Shown here: positions 11,822 through 21,674 of the stretch, in pieces
How positions within the stretch are numbered: the first letter of the stretch is position 1
How the letters are laid out: every line of letters begins with the position of its first letter
Source: an uncultured Legionellales bacterium
GTDB lineage: Bacteria; Pseudomonadota; Gammaproteobacteria; Eutrophobiales; Eutrophobiaceae
Direction of reading: 5' to 3'
Assembly: GCA_913046215.1 (NCBI GenBank)
Contig: CAJWRJ010000002.1
Span: 5,950-69,949 of the forward strand
Length of the DNA: 64,000 nucleotides
The notes under the pieces: generated by a model
Database searches by the model: none
What the model saw: only the letters and a program-made list of their open reading frames with translations
Told to the model about the DNA's origin: nothing
Program-made: the position numbers and the translations under genes

Positions 11822-13302
11822 TTAGCTCAAATTTACCCGCATTACAAGTAGTATTACCACTTCTTGCTGCACCACTTTGTATTATTTTACATAACCGTAA
11901 ATTAACATGGATTTTAACTATAACAACTTGTATTACGTGTTTTGTTATTTCCTGTTCATTGCTGAATAGAGTATTAATTGAAAACACCATTACATACTCA
12001 ATGGGCGGATGGCTTGCTCCTTGGGGAATTGAATATTACATTGATAAGCTAACAGCCTATATGCTTTTAATTATTAGCGCTGTTGCTACTCTTGTTTCAA
12101 TTGGTGCTAAAGAGAGCATCGAAAACGAAATAGCTTCGGATCGGATATATTTATTTTATACTACTTTTTTACTTAATCTTACAGGTTTACTGGGAGTTAT
12201 TATTACTGGTGATGCATTTAATCTTTTTGTATTCATTGAAATCGCATCATTGTCTTCATATGCAATAATTAGTTTAGGAAAAGACAAGCGAAGCCTTTAT
12301 TCTGCTTTTAAATACTTAATTTTTGGAACTATTGGTGCAAGTTTCATATTAATTTCTGTTGGCTTGCTTTACGCTGTAACAGGCACGCTTAATATATCTG
12401 ATTTATCTCAGCAATTAGCGCATACAGAAAATAGTGCTACGATAACAACTGCATTTGTATTTTTCATAATTGGCATTGGAATAAAAGCAGCAATTTTTCC
12501 TCTACATTTATGGTTACCAGATGCCTATACTCACTCACCATCAATCGTTTCAACATTTCTAGCTGGAACAACAACAAAAGTTTTTATATATGTACTAATA
12601 AGATTTATCTATTCTTTATATGGCTATGAATATAGTTTTTATTTAGAGTCATTTAATTACTTATTAATGATTGTTGCATGTGGAGCAATAGTCTATGGCT
12701 CAATTTTAGCTATAAAGCAAGATAGTATTAAAAGATTATTAGCCTATTCAAGTATTTCTCAAATTGGGTATATGATTTTGGGGCTTGCATTAATAACCGA
12801 GCTTGGACTTGCTGCATGCTTAACGAATATGTTTAATCATGCTTTTATAAAAACTGGTTTGTTTTTAGCAGTGGCAGTGATTATTTACTACTATCAATCT
12901 GATTCAATTAAACAGCTTTCAGGCATGGCTAAGACTTCGCCACTTATCTTTATATTATTTTTAATTTCTGGATTAAGCATTATTGGCGTCCCTCTTACAT
13001 CTGGCTTTATCAGTAAATGGTATTTAATAAAGGCTTCCATTGATGCTGGTTACTGGTTTTTTGTTCTTGTAATTGTTTTTTCATCTGTATTAGCAATAAT
13101 TTATATTGGACGAATTATTGAATCAGCTTATTTTAAATCAGAGGAAAATAGAATTTTAATTTATGATGAAAATAGAAAAACACCATATCTGCTATTTTTC
13201 TCATTATTAATCTTCACATTCATAAATATTTATTTTGGTATAGAGACAACACTTAATGTTGATATAGCAATGCAAATTTCAAGTGATCTAATTAATAAAT
13301 GA
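11818..13302 (+). CDS. Mrp subunit D-like / complex-I NuoM-N-type antiporter-like membrane subunit (paralog 1)
   Basis: 494 aa, ~14 TM. Proton-pump family motifs WLPDAYTHSPS and TFLAGTTTK. GTG start coupled to mrpC. Confidence 0.75.
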   Translation: MISSNLPALQVVLPLLAAPLCIILHNRKLTWILTITTCITCFVISCSLLNRVLIENTITYSMGGWLAPWGIEYYIDKLTAYMLLIISAVATLVSIGAKESIENEIASDRIYLFYTTFLLNLTGLLGVIITGDAFNLFVFIEIASLSSYAIISLGKDKRSLYSAFKYLIFGTIGASFILISVGLLYAVTGTLNISDLSQQLAHTENSATITTAFVFFIIGIGIKAAIFPLHLWLPDAYTHSPSIVSTFLAGTTTKVFIYVLIRFIYSLYGYEYSFYLESFNYLLMIVACGAIVYGSILAIKQDSIKRLLAYSSISQIGYMILGLALITELGLAACLTNMFNHAFIKTGLFLAVAVIIYYYQSDSIKQLSGMAKTSPLIFILFLISGLSIIGVPLTSGFISKWYLIKASIDAGYWFFVLVIVFSSVLAIIYIGRIIESAYFKSEENRILIYDENRKTPYLLFFSLLIFTFINIYFGIETTLNVDIAMQISSDLINK

Positions 13303-13303
13303 T

Positions 13304-14770
13304 ATGAATAATCAATTACTTATTATTTCTTCATTATTTATACCAATATTTGGCATCATTTTTATTTTATTTTTTAAGAAGCATAGCAATTTGAGAGAAG
13401 TGTCTACATTAATTACCTCAGTTGCATTAATTTATTGTATTTATTCACTTCTACCTCAAGTTTTAGATGGGTTACGTCCTGAATTAGAATTATTAAGGAT
13501 AACTAATAATCTGATACTTCATTTTCATGTTGAACCACTGGGGATGTTGTTTGCATGTATTGCCTCATTTCTATGGTTAATAAATTCTATTTATTCGATA
13601 GGTTATATGCGTGCAAATAACGAGAAAAATCAAACTCGTTTTTATGTATTTTTTGCTCTAGCAATAGCAAGTACTATAGGTATAGCTTTTTCAGCTAATT
13701 TATTTACATTATTTATTTTTTATGAATTTCTCACATTATCCACTTACCCACTAGTAACTCACAAAGGTAGCGAGAAGGTTAAGCGCGCAGGTCGTGTGTA
13801 TCTTGGTGTTTTGCTTACAACATCAATATGTTTGTTTCTCCCTGCAATTATTTGGACCTATAGCTTAACTGGATCAATTGAATTTACTAATAATGGAATT
13901 TTCAATAGGAGTCATCAACCCCTAATAATCGTATCGTTATTATTAATATTTGCATATGGGATTGGAAAAGCAGCGCTTATGCCAATTCACTACTGGCTGC
14001 CATCTGCAATGGTCGCACCAACTCCAGTTAGCGCATTACTACATGCAGTTGCAGTTGTTAAGGCGGGCGTATTTAGTATTGTCAAGATTGTGATATATAT
14101 TTTTAGCCCAACGCTATTATCCGAGGTTACTAGTGTTAATTTTTTACTTTATTTATCTGGCATAACAATTATTTTTGCGTCAATAATTGCATTACGCTCA
14201 GATAACTTAAAAAGGCGATTAGCGTATTCAACAATAAGTCAATTATCCTATGTTATATTAGCAACTGCATTACTAGCATCTATTTCTATTATGGGTGCTA
14301 TCCTACACATACTTGCCCATGCATTTGGTAAAATTACATTATTTTTTGCAGCTGGCTCTATATATACTGCTACAAAGAAAACGGAGGTAAGTCAATTGAA
14401 TGGAATTGGCAGAGCAATGCCATGGACCATGTTGGCATTTGCTGTGGGTAGCCTGTCTATGATTGGCATTCCTCCAACTGCTGGTTTTTTGAGTAAGTGG
14501 TTTATCTTGCAAGGCGCGATTGATATACAATCATGGTTTGCAATTTCTGTTATTGTTATAAGCACATTATTAAATGCTGCCTATTTCCTACCAATTATCT
14601 ATGTTGCATTTTTTCGTGATCCAGATACTAAAGATGGGTATTTATATAATGAGGCACCAATTTTGATCGTTTTAACAGTATTATCTACAGCTCTGGTATC
14701 AATTATTTTGTTTTTCTTCCCTCAAATTCCAATCGAGCTTATAAGTCTATTAATAGGGGAGGGGTTATGA
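13304..14770 (+). CDS. Mrp subunit D-like / complex-I antiporter-like membrane subunit (paralog 2)
   Basis: 488 aa. Motifs WLPSAMVAPTPVSALLHA and KAGVF. Starts 2 bp after the previous stop. Confidence 0.75.
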   Translation: MNNQLLIISSLFIPIFGIIFILFFKKHSNLREVSTLITSVALIYCIYSLLPQVLDGLRPELELLRITNNLILHFHVEPLGMLFACIASFLWLINSIYSIGYMRANNEKNQTRFYVFFALAIASTIGIAFSANLFTLFIFYEFLTLSTYPLVTHKGSEKVKRAGRVYLGVLLTTSICLFLPAIIWTYSLTGSIEFTNNGIFNRSHQPLIIVSLLLIFAYGIGKAALMPIHYWLPSAMVAPTPVSALLHAVAVVKAGVFSIVKIVIYIFSPTLLSEVTSVNFLLYLSGITIIFASIIALRSDNLKRRLAYSTISQLSYVILATALLASISIMGAILHILAHAFGKITLFFAAGSIYTATKKTEVSQLNGIGRAMPWTMLAFAVGSLSMIGIPPTAGFLSKWFILQGAIDIQSWFAISVIVISTLLNAAYFLPIIYVAFFRDPDTKDGYLYNEAPILIVLTVLSTALVSIILFFFPQIPIELISLLIGEGL

Positions 14771-15006
14771 AGAAAAACTGGTTTTATAGAAAATCATCTA
14801 TTAAAAAGCTGTATATTTATTCAGCAGTTTTTTTAGGCATAGTGATTATCACTGAATATTTTATTACTATGCATCCACATTTTAAAATTGAAAGTATTTT
14901 TTCTTTTTATGCAATTTTTGGTTTTTTATCTTGTGTTGTTCTAATTTTTATTGCAAAAATACTTGGTTTTTTTATAAAACGTAAGGATGATTATTATGAT
15001 ATGTAG
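14767..15006 (+). CDS. small 2-TM membrane protein of unknown function (Mrp-cluster associated)
   Basis: 79 aa with two hydrophobic helices. ATGA overlap with the upstream gene and a 20-bp overlap with the downstream gene suggest translational coupling. No recognisable family by eye. Confidence 0.4.
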   Translation: MKKNWFYRKSSIKKLYIYSAVFLGIVIITEYFITMHPHFKIESIFSFYAIFGFLSCVVLIFIAKILGFFIKRKDDYYDM

Positions 15007-16660
15007 TTTTCTTCATCCTGGTTTGTTACTTATTTTTTCTGGATTATTGATTCCTTTTTTTTCTGGATTTAGACGAACTTTATTTATTTGTATTATCCCG
15101 CTTATATCGTTATTTATTGTCTGGAATTTATCATTTGGAAGTAGTTGTACTGTCAGTTATCTAGGCTATGAATTAATTTTAATAAATTTCGATTCATTGA
15201 GTAGACTTTTTGCCACTGTATTTTGTATTACAGTTCTAGTAGCAGGATTTTTTTGCTGTAAACAAGCTAAATCTACTGAACTTGCTACTGCTTTTGTTTA
15301 TGCTGGTGCTGCTACATCAGTTATTTTAGCTGGTGATTTAATAAGTCTTTTTCTGTTTTGGGAATTAATGGCCCTTGCATCTACCTTATTAATATGGTCT
15401 TCACAAAATAATAATTCATATCAGGCAGGGATGCGCTATATTTCTATTCATTTACTCGGTGGAGTTATATTGATGTGTGGCATTGTTGGCCATGCTCATG
15501 AAACAAATTCTATTGCATTTACACAAATGCAATTAAATAGTATTTCAACTTGGTTGATTCTTTTCGGTTTCTTATTAAATGCTGGAGCACCTCCACTGTC
15601 AGCTTGGCTTGCTGATGCTTATCCTGAAACCTCGTTTAGCGGCATGGTATTTTTAAGCGCTTTCACTACTAAAACAGCAGTCTATGTTTTGATGAGAGGA
15701 TTTCCTGGTACAGATTTACTAATTTATATTGGCTTATTTATGATTTTTTATGGGATTATTTATGCATTACTTGAAAATGATATGCGTCGAATTCTTGCTT
15801 ACAGTATTATTAATCAGGTTGGTTTTATGGTTTGTGGTATTGGTATTGGCACTGAGATGGCACTAAATGGAACTGCAGCTCATGCATTTACACATATCGT
15901 TTATAAAGCCTTGTTGTTGATGTCAGCCGGTTCAGTTTTATACATGACAGGAAAAAGAAAATGTAGTGAACTGGGCGGGCTAATACAGTCAATGCCAATT
16001 ACGGCAGTTTGTGGAATTATTGGTGCGCTTTCTATATCTGCGTTTCCACTTACCTCAGGTTTTGTAAGTAAATCAATGATTTCTCAAGCTTCTGTAGATG
16101 AGCACTTATTGTGGGTATGGTTGTTATTACAGGCAGCTTCAGCAGGTGTTTTTTTACATGCGGGCATAAAATTCCCATGGTTTGTTTTTTTTCAAAAGGA
16201 CAGTGGATTAAGACCATCTGATCCACCAAAAAATATGCAAGTTAGCATGATATTTTTTGCCATGATTTGTATTTTAATTGGTATTTTTCCTAACATTCTT
16301 TATAGCATGTTGCCATACCCAGTTTTTTATCAGCCTTTTACATCTGCACATATTATTAGCCAACTACAATTACTTTTATTTTCTGGTTTAGCTTTTTTTG
16401 TGATGCTTCCACTAATGAAAAGAACATTGACTATAAGCTTGGATTTCGACTGGTTTTACCGGTGCTTAATACCTAAATTATCCTCGATAATTTTTAATTA
16501 CTTATCTAAAGTTGATATAGCTATAAAGGAAGCACTCCGTAATAAAATAGTTTTTATATTTTATAGAATAAAAATTAATTATCATTTAAGTTTAAGCAAT
16601 AGTATTTTAATAGTAATGATATTATTTTCTGTATTATTATTTTATTATTTTATAAACTAA
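14987..16660 (+). CDS. MrpA/NuoL-type antiporter-like membrane subunit lacking the MrpB-like C-terminal domain (paralog 3)
   Basis: 557 aa. Motifs WLADAYPETSFSG and AHAFTHIVYKALLLMSAGSV. It is longer than the two D-like paralogs but much shorter than canonical MrpA (~770 aa). Confidence 0.7.
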   Translation: MIIMICSFLHPGLLLIFSGLLIPFFSGFRRTLFICIIPLISLFIVWNLSFGSSCTVSYLGYELILINFDSLSRLFATVFCITVLVAGFFCCKQAKSTELATAFVYAGAATSVILAGDLISLFLFWELMALASTLLIWSSQNNNSYQAGMRYISIHLLGGVILMCGIVGHAHETNSIAFTQMQLNSISTWLILFGFLLNAGAPPLSAWLADAYPETSFSGMVFLSAFTTKTAVYVLMRGFPGTDLLIYIGLFMIFYGIIYALLENDMRRILAYSIINQVGFMVCGIGIGTEMALNGTAAHAFTHIVYKALLLMSAGSVLYMTGKRKCSELGGLIQSMPITAVCGIIGALSISAFPLTSGFVSKSMISQASVDEHLLWVWLLLQAASAGVFLHAGIKFPWFVFFQKDSGLRPSDPPKNMQVSMIFFAMICILIGIFPNILYSMLPYPVFYQPFTSAHIISQLQLLLFSGLAFFVMLPLMKRTLTISLDFDWFYRCLIPKLSSIIFNYLSKVDIAIKEALRNKIVFIFYRIKINYHLSLSNSILIVMILFSVLLFYYFIN

Positions 16661-16664
16661 AATA

Positions 16665-17651
16665 TTACTCATATCCCTCTTTATTAAACCAACTTACGGC
16701 ATCATCTAATGCCTCAGATGCTGGTCTTGCATTGTAACCTAACTCTCTTTTTGCTTTATCACTAGAAAAATACATTATTTTTTTTGACATTTTTACGCCA
16801 TCAGTTGTTACAAGAGGTTCACTATGAGTAAATTTCGAGATACACTCCATAATCCATGCAATAGGTAAGATAAAATTGTGCGGCAATTTTATTTTTGGAG
16901 GATTTATTTTTTCAATAGAGCATAAATAATTAATTATTGATTCAAGAGACATGTTGTCCCCACCTAGAATATAACGTTCCCCAATTTTTCCTCTCTGCAT
17001 TGCGAGTAGGTGTCCATGAGCTACATCATCAACATGTGCAATATTCAATCCAGTTTCAACATAAGCTGGCATTCGGTTTCTAATCGTATCAAGAATAATT
17101 TTTCCAGTTGGGGTAGGTTTTATATCTCCCGGTCCGACAGGTGTAGAGGGGTTCACTATTGTAACGGGACATGCTTCGTTTTTTATTAGATCCATTACAG
17201 CTTCTTCTGCCAAAAATTTTGATTTTTTGTAAGTCCCCACCATGTTTTCAAGTGTTGAAAAAGTTGTTTCATTTGCAGAGGTGCCATCTTGATTGGTGCC
17301 GAGAGTTGCTACGCTACTAGTGTATACAATTTTTTTCACTCCCGCTTTTTTCGCTACCTTTATTAGATTTCTAGTTCCATCAATGTTAGTTTTAAACATA
17401 TCTTTAGAATCTGGAACCCATAATCTATAGTCTGCTGCAACATGAAAAACTTGTTCACAGGAATCAACAGCAGATTCCAATGATTCGATATTTTGTAAAT
17501 CACCTTCAATTACCTTAATATCAAAATCGAAAAGATTATGTGTATTGGCACCGGGTCTTTTCAATACCTGTAAGTCATAATCCTGCTTAACGAGCAGTCT
17601 TAATAAAGCAGAACCTACAAATCCAGTCGCACCTGTAATTAATGCTTTCAT
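16665..17651 (-). CDS. hpnA: hopanoid-associated NAD-dependent sugar epimerase/dehydratase
   Basis: N-terminal Rossmann motif GATGFVGS and an SDR extended-family YxxxK. It is the last gene of the shc-hpnG-hpnN operon. Confidence 0.7.
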   Translation of the reverse strand: MKALITGATGFVGSALLRLLVKQDYDLQVLKRPGANTHNLFDFDIKVIEGDLQNIESLESAVDSCEQVFHVAADYRLWVPDSKDMFKTNIDGTRNLIKVAKKAGVKKIVYTSSVATLGTNQDGTSANETTFSTLENMVGTYKKSKFLAEEAVMDLIKNEACPVTIVNPSTPVGPGDIKPTPTGKIILDTIRNRMPAYVETGLNIAHVDDVAHGHLLAMQRGKIGERYILGGDNMSLESIINYLCSIEKINPPKIKLPHNFILPIAWIMECISKFTHSEPLVTTDGVKMSKKIMYFSSDKAKRELGYNARPASEALDDAVSWFNKEGYE

Positions 17652-17655
17652 AAAA

Positions 17656-18264
17656 TTATTTTTTAAGTATTAGATAACTTCTTATTACGAAAAAATAGAA
17701 TATTGGCGCACCAATGGCTGCCGCAGTTATGAAGTAATATTCTAATTTATAATATGTAATGATTGGGAGAATATACAATGAATCCTCTGCTTCGAAACCA
17801 CTTTTGAATGGTTGACGGGCCTTATTTTTACCAATCTCTTTTTCGATTTTATTTCTTGTATAGAATATTGCTGCAACTGAAACACCAGCAACGATTCCTA
17901 TTGGTAGCGCATAAAAACCTAGACTGCTATGAATAAGGCCAATACTAATACCAATAAATAAAAATATATTAACAAGAGCATCAGAGATAAGGTCGTACGT
18001 ATGTCCTTTAATACTAGTTTCATTTTTTAATCTCGCTAACTCTCCATCAGCATGATCTAAAAAATTTGAAAACACAAAACAACACGCACCAGCATTACTG
18101 TATAAATATTCACCAATTGAAAAGAAAAACCCAGCTAAAAGTCCAAAAAATAATCTTAATGTTGTTAAATAATTGGGTGTAACGAAAGTATTACGAAGTG
18201 GATATATCAATCTATATGCGATTTGAGCATCCCATGGTCTACTATCTGATGGATCAATTAGCAT
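17656..18264 (-). CDS. CDP-alcohol phosphatidyltransferase family protein (paralog 1, between hpnN and hpnA)
   Basis: 202-aa polytopic protein with the complete catalytic motif D-x2-D-G-x2-A-R-x8-G-x3-D-x3-D (DHADGELARLKNETSIKGHTYDLISD). 6-bp gap to hpnN and 4-bp gap to hpnA. Confidence 0.8.
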   Translation of the reverse strand: MLIDPSDSRPWDAQIAYRLIYPLRNTFVTPNYLTTLRLFFGLLAGFFFSIGEYLYSNAGACCFVFSNFLDHADGELARLKNETSIKGHTYDLISDALVNIFLFIGISIGLIHSSLGFYALPIGIVAGVSVAAIFYTRNKIEKEIGKNKARQPFKSGFEAEDSLYILPIITYYKLEYYFITAAAIGAPIFYFFVIRSYLILKK

Positions 18265-18270
18265 TTTGCT

Positions 18271-20868
18271 TTATTTGTATGAAGAATCTCGCCATATCAA
18301 AAACGAGGGTAATACTATCATAGTTGCGAACATCATGGATATTAATCCCACTGATAAAAGTAATCCCATGCTTGCAGTGCCTTGATGTGATGAAAACGCA
18401 AGATTTCCGATACTAAATATTGTTGTTAGGCTACTTATAATGACACCCTTCATTGAGCTAGTTATATAAATATTAGTTTGTGTATTTTTTTCCTCATAGA
18501 ATCGCTCCGTAATATGAATACCACTATCAACGCCAATTCCAAGTAGTAACGGAAGACCGATGATATTCGCAAAATTCAGGGGAATATTAAAGAAAAGCAT
18601 GAATCCCAATGTGAAAATACTACCTATTAATACGGAAATAAGAATAATAAGCGCATCATATTTTATTTTTATTAGAAGCATCAATAGTATTGCTATTGCA
18701 ATAAAAGCACATAAAAACGCGAATTTGAATGCACTTTTTACAGCATTTCCAGCTTCAATACTTATAATTGGAGAACCAATAACATCTTTATTGAAATCTT
18801 GAAGTTGATAAACAAAATTTCTCATTGATATATTATTATTTAAATCTTCCTTAGGTAAAATTTTTATTAAATATTTTTCATCACTTACCCATCTTTTATA
18901 AATTTCATCTGGAATATTATTAATCGTAACTTCTTCAGCATTTAATGCATCTGATAATGCTTTTATCCGTCCTGGAAAATTTTCTAAAAATTGATTTTCA
19001 ATAGCTTTAATTTTTTTATCATCATCATCATTTAAATTAGATAATAGATTATTCAAGTTGCTATTTAGTAAAATCATCTGATTATCAGAATTATGCACCA
19101 GATAGTTATCTAATATAGTTTTTAGTTTTTTTATAGCAGCTATTCTATGATTTTTACTTATCTCTAATTCAGACGATCTGTTTTCTAAATTACCCATCAA
19201 TAAGCTCATTTCATCAATAATAATGAGTTTATCATTTTGTTCTTCAGGAATAAGATTATGTATAGATATTGCATTATCAACTAGAGGTAATAATTTAATT
19301 TCATTCTTTTTCAGATTGGTTTGATCAGCAGATTCAACTATTAGTATCCCTTCCCAAGGTGATGTAGAGCTATCTTTAAGTAGTTCCTGATACGTTTTTA
19401 CTGATTCATTTTTAGGATCTTGCAGATTTAATCTATTTTCATCGAAATCTATTTTATTTATGAATAATAAAATAAAAGAAACTATTAAAAATATAAATAT
19501 GAGAATAATTTTTGAATATTTATACGGTAACCAGCATAAAAAATTTATAATATTATTATTTTTTATAATATTAGCAGATCTTAGTGTTTTAATTGATGTA
19601 TAGCTTAGTAATGCAGGTAACAATGTTATGGTTAGGATAAAGCTAATTATCATTCCAGATCCTGCTATCCATCCAAGTTCAGCGACACCTGTATAGCTTG
19701 TTGGTATAAATGCATAAAATCCAATAGCCGTTGTTAAAGCACATAAGACTAGAGGTTTCATTATAAATTTTAATGTGTTTTTAATAATCTTAGTGCGATT
19801 TAACTCGGAAATAGATTCTTCTCTATATCTAAGGGCCATGTGTATTGCAAAATCAATTCCCAATCCGATATATAATACAGCGAATGCTATAGATATTAGA
19901 TTTAAAGTTCCAACTGTAATTGAAGCGAAGGCAGTTGTTATTATTAACCCAACTATAAGTGTCGTAAGGCAAGCTACTACAATACGAAAGGAACCAAGAC
20001 CAATGGTTAAAATAGTTGCGACGAGAATAATCGATAGAAAAATTGCTTTTATATTTGCGTTAGACACACTTTTTAGTTCTTCATAAGCTAAAACCTCGCC
20101 TCCTGTTAATTTGATATTAACTTTCGAATTTTTATATGGTTCTATAGCTTTTCGTATATATTCAATAGTATTTTCATTAGGTAATAGACTGTCATCAATT
20201 GTATTTATTTGTAGTTCAATAAATTCCCTATATGTATTCTTTTTTTCATATTTTGGATCCATTAATCTTTGCCATGAAACTGAATAATTTATATCACCGA
20301 ACGCAAGATTTATTTCAGATAGTATTGGATTTAATTGAATAGATTTATCATCTTGTTTAGCTTCAATAGCATCTCCGAGCATATCAAATAATCCACGTAA
20401 ATTTCTATCTTCAAGTAATGATCCTAAAAAAGGTTGAATTTTAGCGAGATTATCAGATAAGTCTTGTAATTCATCGTGTTCAAGAAATAGAAATGAAGAT
20501 TCCTTGAAGTAGGAAAAATCACTTTGATAGTAGATATTTTTTATGAAATTATTATTTTTTAATGAGGTAGAAATTTTTTGAGCAGTATCACTTGCTAAAT
20601 CTGGTGTTTGAGCTTCAATAACAATGATAATGTTATCTAAAAATTGTGGAAATAATTTTTCATACTGGATATCAAGCTGCCTCCAGTGTAACTTTTCCGA
20701 CAACATCTCACTGGTGTCTGTACTAAAACTTAAATTATTCTTAATAGTACTTAATGATAATATTGTAATTAGAGTGACAGAGAATATTATTAGAATTCTT
20801 CTTTTATCTAGAAACCTGCTCCAGAATGAAACAAGCCTTTCATTACGATATGTATTTTTTTTATTCAC
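18271..20868 (-). CDS. hpnN: hopanoid-associated RND/MMPL-family transporter
   Basis: 865 aa with two 6-TM bundles and large periplasmic loops (MMPL/RND topology). Embedded in the hopanoid operon. Confidence 0.75.
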   Translation of the reverse strand: MNKKNTYRNERLVSFWSRFLDKRRILIIFSVTLITILSLSTIKNNLSFSTDTSEMLSEKLHWRQLDIQYEKLFPQFLDNIIIVIEAQTPDLASDTAQKISTSLKNNNFIKNIYYQSDFSYFKESSFLFLEHDELQDLSDNLAKIQPFLGSLLEDRNLRGLFDMLGDAIEAKQDDKSIQLNPILSEINLAFGDINYSVSWQRLMDPKYEKKNTYREFIELQINTIDDSLLPNENTIEYIRKAIEPYKNSKVNIKLTGGEVLAYEELKSVSNANIKAIFLSIILVATILTIGLGSFRIVVACLTTLIVGLIITTAFASITVGTLNLISIAFAVLYIGLGIDFAIHMALRYREESISELNRTKIIKNTLKFIMKPLVLCALTTAIGFYAFIPTSYTGVAELGWIAGSGMIISFILTITLLPALLSYTSIKTLRSANIIKNNNIINFLCWLPYKYSKIILIFIFLIVSFILLFINKIDFDENRLNLQDPKNESVKTYQELLKDSSTSPWEGILIVESADQTNLKKNEIKLLPLVDNAISIHNLIPEEQNDKLIIIDEMSLLMGNLENRSSELEISKNHRIAAIKKLKTILDNYLVHNSDNQMILLNSNLNNLLSNLNDDDDKKIKAIENQFLENFPGRIKALSDALNAEEVTINNIPDEIYKRWVSDEKYLIKILPKEDLNNNISMRNFVYQLQDFNKDVIGSPIISIEAGNAVKSAFKFAFLCAFIAIAILLMLLIKIKYDALIILISVLIGSIFTLGFMLFFNIPLNFANIIGLPLLLGIGVDSGIHITERFYEEKNTQTNIYITSSMKGVIISSLTTIFSIGNLAFSSHQGTASMGLLLSVGLISMMFATMIVLPSFLIWRDSSYK

Positions 20869-20909
20869 TTCAAATCAATTAGTTTATTTTGTAGGAATTT
20901 ATTCTAGAT

Positions 20910-21659
20910 TTAAACTTTAAAAATATATTCTTTATTAGGGTTACGTTCAATATCAGGAGGATAGCTAAGACGTTTATCAGAATAGTACTTTTCGCGACTA
21001 TCGCCTTCCGACATTGCATTATATGTTACATAGAGCACTCTTCTTTTAACATGAGTTAGATTTGGCCCAGAGCGATGCGGTGCGTATGAATCAAAAAATA
21101 TAGCATCACCGGGTTCTGTTTGTACGGGTTTGTAATCAAGCGCATTTTCCTCAAGGGGCGCCCATTGCTCTCCAATTAAACCTTTATCATGATGATTGGC
21201 AGCTATTTCAAGACATCCATTTTCAGTATTTGAGGCATCAATAGTTACTAATGCTGTAATATGTAGCTTTGCATACTTGTCCCATCCTGCCTGAACATCC
21301 TGATGAGCCTTAAATCCATCACCACCTGGCATTTTAAAATTTATTTTATCCTTGAATAGAATTGCATTTTCTCCAAATAGTTCAGATGTTATGTTTTGAA
21401 TTTTTCCAGATATGAAAAGCTCACTAAAACCTTTATGAAAGGGTTCTAAATTTTCCATACGCGATAGTATTCGTTTTTTTTCATTAATCTTACTTTGTTC
21501 AAAATACATCATATATTTATTTTTAATCTCAGGATAATTTGCAACCTCATCAACCCATTGTGTGATCTCATTCAGTTCTTCTCCGTAGTACAATTTACGT
21601 ACTATTAAAAAACCAGTATTTTTGAAGTTTTGAATTTGTTTATTAGATAATCTCATCAT
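20910..21659 (-). CDS. phytanoyl-CoA dioxygenase (PhyH)-like Fe(II)/2-oxoglutarate-dependent oxygenase
   Basis: 249 aa with a PhyH-like layout. Candidate H-x-D...H facial triad (HQD ... APHRSG). Lies between hpnG and hpnN in the same operon. Confidence 0.55.
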   Translation of the reverse strand: MMRLSNKQIQNFKNTGFLIVRKLYYGEELNEITQWVDEVANYPEIKNKYMMYFEQSKINEKKRILSRMENLEPFHKGFSELFISGKIQNITSELFGENAILFKDKINFKMPGGDGFKAHQDVQAGWDKYAKLHITALVTIDASNTENGCLEIAANHHDKGLIGEQWAPLEENALDYKPVQTEPGDAIFFDSYAPHRSGPNLTHVKRRVLYVTYNAMSEGDSREKYYSDKRLSYPPDIERNPNKEYIFKV

Positions 21660-21674
21660 AAAATTTTAATAAAT

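Noticed and set aside
14987-16660. Calling the 557-aa subunit a bona fide MrpA
   Set aside because: It lacks the ~200-aa MrpB-like C-terminal domain that defines MrpA, so it is only labelled MrpA/NuoL-type.
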